From the NCBI GenBank assembly GCA_000934665.2, contig KZ538018.1:1-64000 (forward strand): a stretch of 64,000 nt of DNA, read 5' to 3'. Shown here in pieces: positions 11,695 through 24,652 of this stretch. The stretch comes from Catajapyx aquilonaris. Taxonomy: Eukaryota. The notes beneath the pieces are model-generated. The model ran no database searches and was not told where the DNA came from. It was given only the letters and a program-made list of their open reading frames with translations. Position numbers and translations under genes: made by a program. Every line of letters begins with the position of its first letter. The stretch's first letter is position 1.

Positions 11695-11850
11695 ATACCG
11701 ACTAACTTTCTGCTTTATATGTATGTAGCGAGATATCCGCATAGTATATGAATGTTCATTTAAAGTAACATTCAGATATCTCTACTACATATAAAGTAGA
11801 AAGTTTGTCGGTATGTATGTTTGCCCGGGCTACCTAGCCCACTTTTAGAC
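11695..11850. mobile_element. Two divergently oriented copies of a Helitron-like 5'-end repeat (other copies ~15590-15657 and ~25460-25520)
   Basis: Motif ATCTCTAC(TAC)ATATAAAG(C/T)A(G/A)AAAGTTTGTCGGTATG...TACCTA(A/G)C(C/T)CA is repeated four times in the window. A TC-start AT-rich end followed by GTTTGT/GTATGT is typical of Helitron-derived elements; the family assignment is inference. Confidence 0.5.
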
Positions 11851-14089
11851 TAATAATAAGTAGCAACGGAGGGTGCTGCTAATTTGACATACCGTACCGT
11901 AATAGTAACATTGAAGTATTTAATTATATGTCGTAAATATTTATTTTTTTGTGTTGCTTGAGAGTTGAACTGCCTCTCTCCCCACATTTATGTATATGGG
12001 AACAAACAGAGAGGCGAACTAAATGAAATAAAAATATTTAATTATGATCTGTTTGGCTTGGGAATGTCCATAATGGGTGGGGATTTTTATTTTAAATGTC
12101 AATGATTTTTTAAGTGTTGAAATCATCAAGCGGGAGTTATCCTTGTGGGAAAGACCCACACACTGGAAAGACCAACTCGGCTCCTTTTGCCCATTAATAT
12201 TTCACTCCCCCAACCACCACCACCACCACCACCAGCCGCAGGATGTGACATCACCTGCAACCCACCCCCAGACTCTTTAATCTGACGGACCCAAAAGGAC
12301 GGACCATCTGCGCTCTCGGGGGGATCTCCCCCCCTAGCTATTCTTGTGAGGGGTCCGAACATTTTCGGGGAAAACACTACAAGATGGTTCGTTATACTAC
12401 GCAACGATGATTTTTCTACCACCCCCTGGTAATTTATACCGGATTTTTACCACACGCGCACGGAAGGGGGACTTCCCTCGCTTCCTATAGCCTCCGGGTC
12501 TCAATATTCACACGATGTGACAGGGAGGGTGTGTCTCAGGAAGATTGAGCGTATATATAAAAAAAGATGTATGTATAAAAGTGGGGGTGCGTAAGTGGAT
12601 GGTTATTACCCGCCCCCCAGTAAGAAAAGTGACGTCCATTCCCCCAAGGAAATATTTAGTGATGGCCATTTTCCATATATACTGTACCGAAAAAATATTT
12701 AAATGTGTGACCAGCATGCAACCCTGCCAGCTTAATTAGTGCCATAATTTCTGTGCCCTTGTCAAGTGGTGGGCTTTTTAAGAAGAAATGATTCAGACAC
12801 ATACTGAACACAAGTTTGGACCCCCCGAAAGAAAAAAGGGGGGGCCAACACCTGATGAGAATGTATGGAAAACAACAGGGCGTCAACAAGCAGTGGAGAA
12901 TTAAGTCTCTGCTATACATCACCAGCAAGCTTTCGCACGCGAATTAAGCCAACGCCCTACATCTATTAGGTTAACGAAGAGATGTCAACATGGTGAATAT
13001 TATGTCCCAAAATTAAATTTTGGTTAGACCATCATCAGTGCCGACTTTTTTTTTAATGCTTTCTCTTTGAAATGACATGAGACTAAAGATAGTTTTGTGG
13101 TAGGAGGAAGAGAGTAAAACGAGGGAAAGTGTCCCTAAAACATACACAAGAAGGCAAATGGACGGACCTCCTACATGTGAAGAGATGGAGGTCAAGCCTT
13201 TTGTGACCATGGAAATGGGGGAAAATGCTGATATGCAACCACGTCCTCACACACACACACTCCACCCATAGACATCCTCATAGGCCTTCCCTTGACTCAC
13301 TTCCCTCATCTTACTATTGTGATGTATAGTATGTGTAGGGCGGAAATCAGAAACATCATCTAACTTGGATCACACTGAAAAATAAATTTGTTTGAAAATG
13401 TTGCGTCCACAATATAGACACAATGAGCGTCACAAAGAGTTGTACTTACCTGATTGGAAAGCCACAAAACCTTCAGATTAATATTAACTGTCACACTTAC
13501 GCTTTTATTTCCACCTGAAGTCCAATCGCACTAAAAGTCCAAAATAGTGTCAGTACACTCGTTACGTGAAATGATTTACGATTCCAACTATTATCGTGCA
13601 TAATAAACCGAACAGAAAGTAGAAGAAGAAGAAGAAAAAAAAAACAGAATCAGAGCTTCACGGTTGAACGATCAACAGGCGATGAATGCCAATTATCTGC
13701 ATGTTGTTCATTGGCGAAAAAAAAATTAGTGACGATTTCCTCTGAAATCCAGTTCAAAGTAGGCACCTGTAGGGTTCCACCTTTCTAACCACCTGTTATT
13801 AAAAACAGTGTCGCAATATTTGGGGATTTACCTAAAAATTGAGGTCTGCTCCGGATCCAATTAATTCGTGCATGGTATAAGGTGATAAATTGTTTCGAAA
13901 ACATTAGATAACGGATCTGTATCCCGGATGTTGAGTGACCAAAAAACTTGGTCCGAGAGATTGGATGTCTTTTTTGGCCCCCAGTGTGTTACCACCACGC
14001 ACAAAAGGTTGCGTGCAGAGGAGCCAAGGCGAAACATACTCCCCCAATTTTTGTAACAAAGGAGGTGGAGAGTGGGGGAGGGGGGGGGG

Positions 14090-14223
14090 NNNNNNNNNNN
14101 NNNNNNNNNNNNNNNNNNNNNNNNNNNNNNNNNNNNNNNNNNNNNNNNNNNNNNNNNNNNNNNNNNNNNNNNNNNNNNNNNNNNNNNNNNNNNNNNNNNN
14201 NNNNNNNNNNNNNNNNNNNNNNN
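14090..14223. other. Assembly gap (N run)
   Basis: N run flanked by a G-run on the left and a C-run on the right. Confidence 0.98.
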
Positions 14224-14625
14224 CCCCCCCTCCATCTCTTCTTTTTGGGGAATCTACTTCCGCGCCTGGGGGAGACCACCCTCTCACCCCGCCCCTACAC
14301 TCATGGGTTCATGGGGGGGACTTCAGGGGGGGTTGCAGATGCATAGAGATTTTTTTTTGTGTGTGTATGGGGCTTGTCATTAGAGGGTGGCTTCAGCTGT
14401 GTACACTAGAGAGGCGTTACAATGCAATGGTTGCAAAGACGGATGTGCAGGAGATAATTATACGTGCTATCAGTTGTTTTTCGTAGAATTTGTAGATTTG
14501 TGGTTTTGACAATAATATAAAAAGCTACATTAGTTATTCATAATTTAGTTATTTACATCAGTTAATATTATAGTTATTAGTAATTTATTTATATATTAGC
14601 TATTAATTTATTTACACTAGCTATT

Positions 14626-14818
14626 AATAATTTATCTATTAATTACTTTATTGACAATAATTTATCTATTAATTACTTTATTACTAATAATTTATCTATT
14701 AATTACTTTATTACTAATAATTTACCTATTAATTACTTTATTACTAATAATTTACCTATTAATTACTTTATTACTAATAATTTATATATTAATTACTTTA
14801 TTGACAATAATTTATCTA
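14626..14818. repeat. AT-rich minisatellite, 30-bp unit, ~6.5 copies
   Basis: Unit AATAATTTATCTATTAATTACTTTATTACT with few variants. Confidence 0.92.
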
Positions 14819-15960
14819 CTTTATTTACTATTTAGCAATTGTTTGTTTATTTGCCAATAACAAGGAGCTGAGTTCATGAAATGACCAATTATGTTGTCAG
14901 ATTATTTTTATATGATTTCACAATTTATTTACTCGGTTTTGTTCATTATTTTTTTACAATTTTTATAAGTTACTATGTTTATTTCATTATGCTGTTTATT
15001 TTATTACAGGCGCACCTACATTTTATTTTATGAGGTACTGGTACGTAATGTTGAATGGTTAACAGGGCGCATTAATTATTATTTCCAATAAGGACTAATA
15101 GTTGAAGCTGTGCAGACAGTTTTAGCAGATAATTTTTTCCGGACTTTAGGGGGAAAATATTGTGTACCGGTACTGTGAACATACATGCATTTTTCTAAGT
15201 CTGCTGTCACTTTTGATCCCGCCTATTCTCCATCACTTGCAATGGCTTGAAATAATAGTGCGGTAAATCCATTATTGCTAAAATACAGTGGCAATAATTC
15301 GCATGCAACCTCTTCCCTCCCTCACCATCCTAACACTTATTTCTGGTTCAGTTGCTTCAGAGTGCATGCCCGGTTCAAGTAACTGGACTGGTCAAGGTTG
15401 CTGCACTAATTTCGAGCAATTCATCGTCTTGATGCAGGGTGCTTCAATTCTTAAATGTACTTAGAACAGTATTGCTGTGCATTTCCCTGCATTTCAGTTT
15501 GTCAACTGAAAATGAATGAGCGCACCTGATAATATTAATAGCTTGTGGTATTCCTCCTTCATATGTTATTTGATTGTTTGTTTGTTGGCTAGAATGGGTT
15601 AGGTAGGTGGGACAAACATACCGACAAACTTTCTTCTTTATATACGGTATGTAAGATTTATTTTTATTTTTATTTTATTTTATTTGGAATTGGCGTACAT
15701 GTGCATATGGAGTGAGGTGGCAACAGAGCAGTGAGTGGCTTGAGGGGATGTAGTGTGTGTTGGTGGGGGGTTGTAAGTTGTGGTGGTGGTGGGGCAAAAG
15801 AGGCAGCCTCCTACGGCGCCGGCCAGGCAGGCAGGCAAGGGGCGCTCCTCTGTTCTTGTGCCTAGGGGACGGCCGTTTGTGGGCGGGGTGGGCGACAGGT
15901 GGCCCGCCAGTTGGGGGTAATGGTTGTTGCTTCAGGGGGGGTTGGAGAAAGAAAAAAAAA

Positions 15961-16013
15961 NNNNNNNNNNNNNNNNNNNNNNNNNNNNNNNNNNNNNNNN
16001 NNNNNNNNNNNNN
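15961..16013. other. Assembly gap (N run)
   Basis: N run between an A-run and a C-run. Confidence 0.98.
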
Positions 16014-16270
16014 CCCCCCCCCCCCCCCCCCCCCCTAAGAGCATCACCTTCAATGGTGTGGGGCCTCCCTCGCCTTGGGTGACCAAGTACGTAGGGGGTT
16101 AATGGGACTGGACTGCCGATTATTATACATCCCGATGGTCGTGGGTTACACGAGCCAGCAGGGGACCCTTCAATGAATGACCCAAGATACAGTCAATTAC
16201 ACGGCACATCGCTCAGTCATAAAGTCGACATTAGCACTGAAACATTATATATAAAAAACTGAGTACGCAT

Positions 16271-16406
16271 TGCTGGGTATTAATGGTGTCGTACTGGTGG
16301 CGCCACGAGTCGATGTCGGAAAAAAGAACGAATCGACATTTCGATTCACTCTTTTGCCAACAACGGCTCGTGGCGCCACAAGTACAACAACATTAATGCC
16401 CCAGCA
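16271..16406. mobile_element. MITE family A copy (short)
   Basis: Long imperfect TIR TGCTGG..ATTAATGGTGTCGTACTGGTGGCGCCACGAG; same family at 19280-19532 and 21622-21830. Confidence 0.75.
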
Positions 16407-16598
16407 CTTACACATCAGTTGAAAGGTCAGGAGTTATTGGCAGTTATCGCATTTTATATTTGCACAGTTCATGTGGATCGAGCCTTGTTTTCGCAACTGT
16501 TGATAGTACCTGAATTACTTGCCGATTACGGCAATCTCTATCCGGTCAATGCGTCAAGAATTTATTAGACGTGTGCCACACTGCTCGTGGTATTTCAC

Positions 16599-16740
16599 GG
16601 CCAATTCGAAACCGAACACGTTCCGGAACCGGCCCACTATTTGGTCCACAATGGATGTCAACACAAATGTCCATAGCAAACCCAAATGAGCCCTTCAAAT
16701 AGTGAGCCCGTTCCGGAACTGGTTCGGTTTTGAGCTGTCC
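16599..16740. mobile_element. MITE-like foldback
   Basis: Arms AAACCGAAC..GTTCCGGAAC.GGC.CACTATTTG and CAAATAGTGAGCCCGTTCCGGAACTGGTTCGGTTT are reverse complements. Confidence 0.6.
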
Positions 16741-18417
16741 TGTACAGTGCAAATGCGATGCGCCCAGTATTCATAGCGAGGCCACCACGTTGGCAGCAGG
16801 AAAGCTCATTCCTCCGGTCCTCTCTAAGGCCATGTACCTTATCAATTCAGGTCCGGAGGTCCACAGGCCAAGGGGACAGAAAAATGAGAGGCATCCCACC
16901 TGGGCTCACACGCCCAAACTAATATATTCCAGAAAACTGTAGTAATTCACGCAAGGTCTTGAAAACCCAAGGGGTCACCCCCATTTTTTAAAATTTGAAA
17001 ATTAAATATTTCATCCGGAGGGGGGGGACAACACCCACGCATTCCTGTTGGGTCCTTGGCCAGCTCATGTTTTTTTTTCTTTCTTCTTTGCGCCCTACTA
17101 ACTCCGTCCCTTCCGATTCCTTCGACCATTCTCTTTGAAGGGCGGCGGATGCTTCATGCACGGGATGATGATGATTCTGTTACACCCAATCCGCGACCTT
17201 TACAAACCCAAATGGCACACAACTTCATGCGGATATGTGAAGGTCTCCCGAAGGATATGTTTCTGGGAGGAGACTATATGCAGATTTTTTGTTCAGGTCA
17301 TATTTGTTAACATTTTGGGAGAAAATATTGTGAGCAAACTATACGTTGGGGGGGCCAAAGAGCATAAGTGGGTCCGCTTGGAATAACTAGAGCAAACGAG
17401 GCGTGATTCTTGGCGTTGGATCCAGCATGTCCTTGTGTCTGGTTGTTAGTCCCCAGGAGGTCTCCCATTTTGGGACTTTCCTGTCACTCAACCACATTTT
17501 TAGGTATTTGCTGGTAAGAACATAGCATGTCCACTAGTTGCGAAACTCAGCAAAACTTCAATAGTGAATAACAATGATTTGGTCGTCCACCACCTGGACT
17601 ACTTCTTCATAATTTTCTTCTTCTGCCAAATGAGTATCAGTAAGAAGTCGGCGGAACCTTCTCACGTGATGCAGCCTGGAACAAAGTAGGGCTTATGAGG
17701 CCACTATAGCGGACTGGAAACGTTTTTCTCATTGCTAGGGCAAGAAGGACCCCGTGTGATAATCACAATGACAGCCTTGCGACTCCATAATTTCCATCAT
17801 TAAAAAAAAAATATCTTACAACTGGTCTGATCGGGTAGGCTAGTCAGCGTGCCATTTATCCATGATTCTTCCCCCCTGAACTAAATGGAAACACGCAGGT
17901 TTTTCCAGCTAACTCTTTTTCAGTGAGACCTTTTTTCCGCTCTCGACTCTTTGAGCATGTAATTGGCACGAATCCATGACAACGTTATGCGGAAGAATAC
18001 TTGAGGGGGCCACCATTTTTTTTCTTCTTCTCTCTCTCTATACCCCTTGTGATGTCCGGTCACTAGGGAGGGGAAAAAAGTAACATTTGAATTGGAGATA
18101 GGTGTGCATCTTGGCATAACCGCAGTTTCATTCGCAGACAATGCCGGTTCTTAAAAAACTACCGCTATGGCTATGAAAACTACTTACCGGTACGTAATAC
18201 ATCAGAAAATGGTACCGGTACTTGAAGTACTCGTGTATGCCCAGCAATGTGCAGCTCTTATAGTTTTCTGACAACAAATGAAGGGGTCGGGAGAAAAACA
18301 TGTTAACCGCCACTTTATTGCTGGCCATACACGAGTACGTTAATTTTTTTTAAAGCAAATTTCCATGTGAATATTATGTTCTGCCAGATTTTGGGAGATA
18401 AACATGTTAACATCCAC

Positions 18418-18700
18418 TTTATCTGGTGTTGATTTGCTGTTAGTACCACTTGAAGATCTGATATGCGGAACGATCAGATTTGACGATTGAAAAAAAATAA
18501 TTCCATGAGAATGTCCTGCCAGATTTCAGGAGGAAAAAAAAATAATGTTAACTTCCATTGGCGGTTAGCATGTTTTTCTCCCCCGAAATCTGGCAGAACA
18601 TATTCTCATGGGAAAATTTTCAAAAAAAAATCATCAAATCTGATCTTTCTGCATATCAAATCTTCAAGTGGTGCTGACAACAAATCAACACTGGATAATT
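18418..18700. repeat. Degenerate foldback with ~135-bp arms, with extra partial copies upstream (18265-18415) and near 49465-49500
   Basis: GTGTTGATTTG...ACCACTTGAAGATCTGATATGC...GATCAGATTTGA...CTGCCAGATTTC is mirrored by GAAATCTGGCAG...TCAAATCTGATC...GCATATCAAATCTTCAAGTGGT...CAAATCAACAC. Confidence 0.75.
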
Positions 18701-19279
18701 TCACCCTGCGTACTTGACATGGTAAGCGATTAATGACCATCAATACCGTGCCAATAAGCCAAAATAACCAGTCTTGCTGTCTACTTTTCAATGTTTCGCT
18801 CTATTAAGCTTCGAGTTCCATTTCCCTTCTCTTTTCTCCGTGGAAGTTTAGAAGAAGAAGGAAAAAAAAAAAAAAATCAGGCGCCGGACTGGAGACGTGG
18901 CTTCTTATCAAGAGAGGGGTGGAAAATGGAAGGCATGGGTCGATAGGTATCACCTTGAGAGGAAAAGCAGGGGGGGGGGGGGACCCTGTGTGCGACATCC
19001 TTCCAAAAAGGAAGAAGGAACATTTTGGCAATGGTGTCTCCTGAGGGGGGAAGATGAGACTGCGAGGAGACTCCGTCTGGGGGCCTGCTGCTATGGCACC
19101 GGGCACATGTCCAAAGACCTCTCCCTGTTTTGCGAGCCATATATGTGGGGGGTCCACGAGGGACGTTGCCAGGAAGGCGTCGCTCACCTCTGGCAAACTC
19201 TCTCACCGATTTTTCCCCCCCTGGACATTTTATTATTAGGAACCTACACCGGATTTAAGTCAGTCGGGCAAAGAAACCA

Positions 19280-19532
19280 ACATTAATGGTGTCGTACTGG
19301 TGGCGCCACGAGCCAATGATGGAAAAAGAGCGAATCGAAATGTGTCCTCCGGATAACCACCTTCACATCGTGCCTTTGTACTTGTATGACCACCTTCTAT
19401 GGCGCTTAAAAAGGGAAAAATATCACATCGAATTACAAATCGAAATTTGTCCTGTGGAGGTGGTCATACGGAGGGCCAATTTCGATTCGCTTTTTTGCCG
19501 CCATCGTCAACCAGCACCACAAGTACGACACC
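19280..19532. mobile_element. MITE family A copy (ends eroded)
   Basis: CATTAATGGTGTCGTACTGGTGGCGCCACGAGCC...AAAAGAGCGAATCG and the mirrored CGATTCGCTTTTT...CACCACAAGTACGACACCA. Confidence 0.7.
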
Positions 19533-21621
19533 AGAGCTTCACCTTGACTTTGATGCTAATGATATGAGTCAGTAGGTCTTTCGTGACATGAAACAATTTA
19601 TAAAAATCCGGTACAGTTCAACGCCGTTGTGCCCTTGACTGCGGAATAGTATACTACTATAGAAATAGACTTTGTATGATTGAGTGTGAGATCAATGTCC
19701 TCAGCAGGGGGTGTCTGATGTGAGAGGAAGTTTGATCGGGATAGATAATGTTGAGCAATCGAAGGCGTTGCTTGATAAAGAGTTGCATCAAATCCTTCAA
19801 TCTCCTATCTATCCACCCCCACACCCTATGCCACTATAGAGTCTACATGGGCGTCGGGGTGAAAAGTCAGTTGCTGCTCCACCCCCACCATCGAAGCAGC
19901 CTTAGGAAGAGACAATGACAAGGGAGATAATTAATCTCCTCCCATGAAGTTTGGATATAGAGAGAAAAAAAGGTGGGGGACGGTTTTGTACTGAGGGTTT
20001 TTTTTAAAGATGTAAATAGTTCGGTCATGAAGGGGCGGAGGAGAAAACATTTTTTGTATCCAGATTGTACTGACCGTAATGGTCGTGTGTGACATTGCGC
20101 CTAACCTTGAGGAGGCAACTGGCCTCTAATACAATACCGGCCGTTTTTCTTTTGTTGTGAAGATTTCGACACATTGGGTATATACACACTGCTGCGCACG
20201 AACACACCTGTTTGGTTGCATGTTCTCAAAATCCAGGAGATGATAGTAACAATGGCTCATTATTAATGCGAAAAAAATATACGAATATTGAATGTAGATG
20301 TTGTACCCCGTTAATATGCGAATCAAGAGCCGTTATATATTGTAATCTAAGCCATTTCTACATACCGAAAATGCGGAGTCGGGAAAGTTTTTTTTAGGTT
20401 GGACCTAACTTGTAATAAGCTTGAGTACCAACCGTATGTTTTGAAGCACAGCATCAATATAACACTTTCACATACGGAGAAGAGTCCAGCCCTTCACATC
20501 ATCATAGAGCAAAGTGTAGGGGCCGATAAAAATGCCCCAAGTTTGGGCGTCGGGAATGATGTGTCTCCCCCTTTTTCCCCTTCACAGATATTGGTTATGA
20601 AACGGGTCGTAAGGTCAAGTTGCCCGTCCTCTTTCTTTCGGAGTTGACCTCTCGAACTCTCAGGAGGAGATCCGCTTGTGGAATTCGGAGTTAACATATA
20701 GTTGCAGGTGGTCCCGAAACTAGGAGAAAGGTTCGACAGAAAAGGGACGACGCGGGACATATTGAAGAAGAAAAAAAATGTAATGTGGTGTATACAGGGT
20801 GGGACATAGAGTTGCATCTATAATTACAAATTATTAATTTCAAAGTTCATTTCAAAATATTTTGTTGTTCAATGATCAATTATTTATTACAATTAACAAA
20901 GATTTGTAAGTACATTTTAAGTGGAACTGATGAAGATGTGCCCGTCACAGTCGACATTGTGCAATAGCAATTTCTACAAATAATAATAATTATGATATGT
21001 AAGGACACAGCAGGTGCATCTGCCTGCATGTGTATACTACCTTGCAGTGGCTTCGTTTTCAAAAAAAAAAAAGCACACAATACACTTCGTGCGATGACCG
21101 TGCTTTGTTTCTGGCATTGTGCATGCAAGGTCCTCTCTCTATATAATATGTCTGTTGGTGTGAGGTTGACCCCATAGCTTTTGCTTGCACCGAGTGAGCG
21201 AGGCTTTGCGTGTTGGGCGATTCGCAGGGGAACTTTTATGCGAGGACATGCGGTGCCTGGTCCAAACAGCATCAACCCTAGAAGGGCAGGCCACATTGTT
21301 TCCTCCGGGTTGGCCCCCGTCTCCTTGACATGTCCGGCTTTCTCCAAGGGCTCTCCAGCAGTTGTAGGAGTCATGCGATGGTCGAACCCCAGGGTGGGAA
21401 GTAGGGGCCGGCCCAGTGTCTGGCCCCTATATACGTGATGCCTGCCTCTCTATACAAAAACCACTCTTGATGATGACGATGCCTTGACACCGATGCCGAC
21501 CCCACAATGATCCATAAACACGGCATGACCACCCCCTTTCTCCATATTTTGCAATGGCTCTTGATTCAGCCCCAGAGGTACGGTGGGTTGCGGGACTGCC
21601 AGGAGTGCAATCACAGCCCAG

Positions 21622-21830
21622 TGCTGGACATTAATGGTGCCGTACTGGTGGTGTCACGAGCCGATGCGATGGCGGCAAAAGAGCGAATCGAAAGTATCCT
21701 CCGGATGCTTCCCTATATGACCGTATGATTTATTAAATGAACGCGGTCATATACGGAGAGCAGATGTCTATTCGCTCCTTTGCCGCCACGGCTGGTGGCG
21801 CCAGCAGTACGACACCATTAATGTCCAGCA
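21622..21830. mobile_element. MITE family A copy (full length)
   Basis: TGCTGGACATTAATGGTG ... CACCATTAATGTCCAGCA termini, imperfectly palindromic throughout. Confidence 0.8.
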
Positions 21831-22179
21831 TTCATCCTGTATGAGTTATACGCTCGTGGACACATAATGTCTCGACTCAATATTCACCACGACTCACATC
21901 CCACCCGCGTGTCATAACAACTTTACAGCCACTTGCCACACCCTCGTCATGATCCGTGCGGTGTGACCACGACAATAACCTTCTTCAGTTTTCCTCCTCC
22001 TCCTCCTCCTCCACATTCAAGTCTCGGTGGACATTCCAGACGACCACAGGGTGACACGCAAGTTGGATAAGTTTACAGACATACACCTTTCCACTGAATC
22101 ATTCACTTTACAAGAAAGCGTTCAATGGGAATAATAATTTGGACACGTTTGTAATTTGAAACGAATTAAAATACAGCAC

Positions 22180-22650
22180 GTTATCATTAAAATTATTATG
22201 TGAAGTAGTTATAAAATAAATGATAAATACAGAATATAATAAATATATAGGCCTACTAAAATAAAATAGGAACATGAACCAAATAAAATCCCAACAAAAG
22301 CAACATACAGTATATTTTAATGTAAAATATTAATATAAATGTAATATACCGCAATGAAATTAATATTAGGTAATAAAGCAAATAAAATTACATAAAAATA
22401 AAATAAAAATAAATAAACGATAAAATAAAGCAAATAAAAAGCGAAATACAATAAAATACAAATATAAAATGTAAATAAATAATAAGCGCAAATCAATAAA
22501 TACAGATAAATAATAAAATGCAAATAAATAAAATACAAATTAATATTAAATATAAATCGTATCAGCATCAGCAAAATAAAATAACGACCAAGAAAGTTTG
22601 AACGCATCATTATAAACGAAATAAATAAAAAGAATATATTAAACTGAAAA
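22180..22650. repeat. A-rich low-complexity (AAAT/AAAAT) tract
   Basis: Degenerate AAATA repeats; similar tracts at 14500-15010 and 38920-39230. Confidence 0.8.
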
Positions 22651-23334
22651 ACCAAACTGCAGGAAACTTGAGAGTGTTGAACGCGTTTTAGCAAAGAGAA
22701 TTCGAGGGTATATGTACTCGTTTGGGTTGGTTGAGAGAGAGAAAAAAAAGTTACTTATTAGCCGCGGTGGAAAAGGGCAAAAGCAATATTTCATGGCTAG
22801 TCAGATACAACTTCCTATTCATTCATCACGAAAAGGGGCCTCTCCCACCCACCTCACTCCTATTCCATTTGCACTCTCGGCTACTGAACTGCAAGGGGTT
22901 GAACCTGTTTCGGGCAAGAAAACGAGTTGAAAATTTTGGCGGCGGTGCTGGCCCCCTCTCTGCTGGTCTACTAGAGGTTGTTGCCAGGGGAAATGGTTCG
23001 TTTCCACCTCCCATCACTTTTGAGAGCCCATGCGCAGGTCTGGTTTGGCACCTTCTTTTGATCATTAATTTAATACCGTTCAAAAGATTTCGCACCATTT
23101 ATGCACGGAATTTGAAGCCATTTTGGAGCTTAGCTGCACCAGAGAAGACCACGCCTTATATAGTTGAAGCCAGCATGATATATTAGTAACAGTGCATCTG
23201 TCATGTGCGGCGCTTGTACTTGTTGCGCCCGTGGCGTTTCATGAAGGCGCCTTTCTATCAAATTGGTTGCAGTAGCATTCAAAACATGACTTCATGTCAT
23301 TTGTACAGACACTGCAATTTGTTATGCAGTTCAT

Positions 23335-23725
23335 GTATAGACAAAACGGGGGGAAAAATAGCTAAAGAGGATTTTAAACCAGATTGGCGTGATTCGAGTA
23401 GACTTTTTTATCACTGGGAAGTTGACCGGAAGTTGACCATGGAACCTATTTTGGTTACGCTTAATACGAATCCGATCCTGAAATTTGTTATGCAGTATAC
23501 ATTGCATAAGTAGACAAAACGGGGGAAAAAATAGCCAAAGATGATTAAACAAGATTGGCAAATCACGTGATTCGAGTATACTTTTTTCTCATTGGGCAGT
23601 TGATCCAAAGTTGACCATGGAACCTATTTTGGTTATGCTGAATCCGAATCCCAAAACAGTTTGTCGCGCTATCTATTGCCGTTTAGAGCCTGATACCTGT
23701 CCACAGACAGACGGACGGACAGAGC
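23335..23725 (+). mobile_element. Dispersed repeat family B with internal ~173-bp tandem duplication (Helitron/Helentron-associated-like)
   Basis: AAGTTGACCATGGAACCTATTT...GAATCCGAATCC...CCTGATACCTGTCCACAGACAGACGGAC; related copies at 37535-37915 (reverse) and 56217-56365. Superfamily is inferred from the ACAG/ACGG microsatellite tail. Confidence 0.65.
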
Positions 23726-24472
23726 CGTTCGATAATCGACTTTCTTTCGAAGAGAAAAAAGTCTAAATGTGCCAAAACAATACATAAGGCCACATAGTGC
23801 GAGGTTGTATCCTTACATAAACATCCAAAATCTCACCAAATAGGTAGTAAATTATTTTTTACGCGCCTATTGCGTAAAATATGTGAAGCCTCTCCTGTAA
23901 AATAATATGGCTGTTAGTTGTTACTTTGTTGCCTGAATAACAACATATGAGCGTGGACCTCCCACGTTCAACCATCCTCATATTTTTGTTGCAGCTTGTA
24001 TGTTTCGAAATTCTGGTATACCCATCGCGGTACCCCCCCTCCTGTGTCTCATACGACTTGAAACTGCATTACTTTTTGGGCAGGCAACTCCAAGGGGGGG
24101 CCTCAGGAGGGGGGTCGCCCCACCACACATTCACATGTAAAACCCCCTGGAGATTCACTACCCCCCCTCAAACCACCAACCAAGCCAACATGCACACATG
24201 ATGGGTCAAGAAAGTTAGGGGGGGAAACCCACGGAGTTGGAGGTTGCCTTTGGGTGTCACCATTTTTGCTGTAATTGTGTAACCGGATTTTTGGGAGGGC
24301 CAATTAGGTCGCAGATGGTGCGTGCTTCTAATGTGTAGTTGGAGCAAGAAATTGACTGTTTAGGAACATGGGGTTCCTGGAAATGCAGTACTGCAGCTGT
24401 AATGAAGCAAGGAAACTTCAAAAAAAAACACAACAGCTGGCAACATTTCCACGTATGAATTTTTAACGAACG

Positions 24473-24652
24473 CAACCTAGTGCGCACCCACACTCGCGCA
24501 GCTCCATTTGTTACGATTTGGTTACGTCGCAAAAGTCGGCCATTTTGCCCCCACCCCCAAACGTAGCGTTGGAAATAACCTGTACACTCACTACGGTAGA
24601 GAGCTTACCAGCTGTCATTGATACACTTTACCGGTTGCGGATTATCCGTGCA
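24473..24652. mobile_element. MITE family C partial copy
   Basis: GTGCGCACCCACACTCGCGCAGCTCCAT...CGTCGCAAA.GTCGGCCATTTTG...GTAGCGTTGGAAATAA is shared with 49863-50097 and 63660-63735. Confidence 0.7.

Noticed and set aside
14651..14860. Repetitive hydrophobic ORF (IIYLLITLLL)n
   Set aside because: Translation of a 30-bp AT-rich minisatellite.
13861..16102. ORFs spanning N runs and flanking G/C homopolymers
   Set aside because: Artefacts of assembly gaps; the flanking homopolymers may themselves be sequencing-related.
22317..22694. 125-aa Phe/Tyr/Ile/Leu-rich ORF resembling a membrane or mitochondrial protein
   Set aside because: Product of an AAAT low-complexity tract; no motif of a mitochondrial gene.
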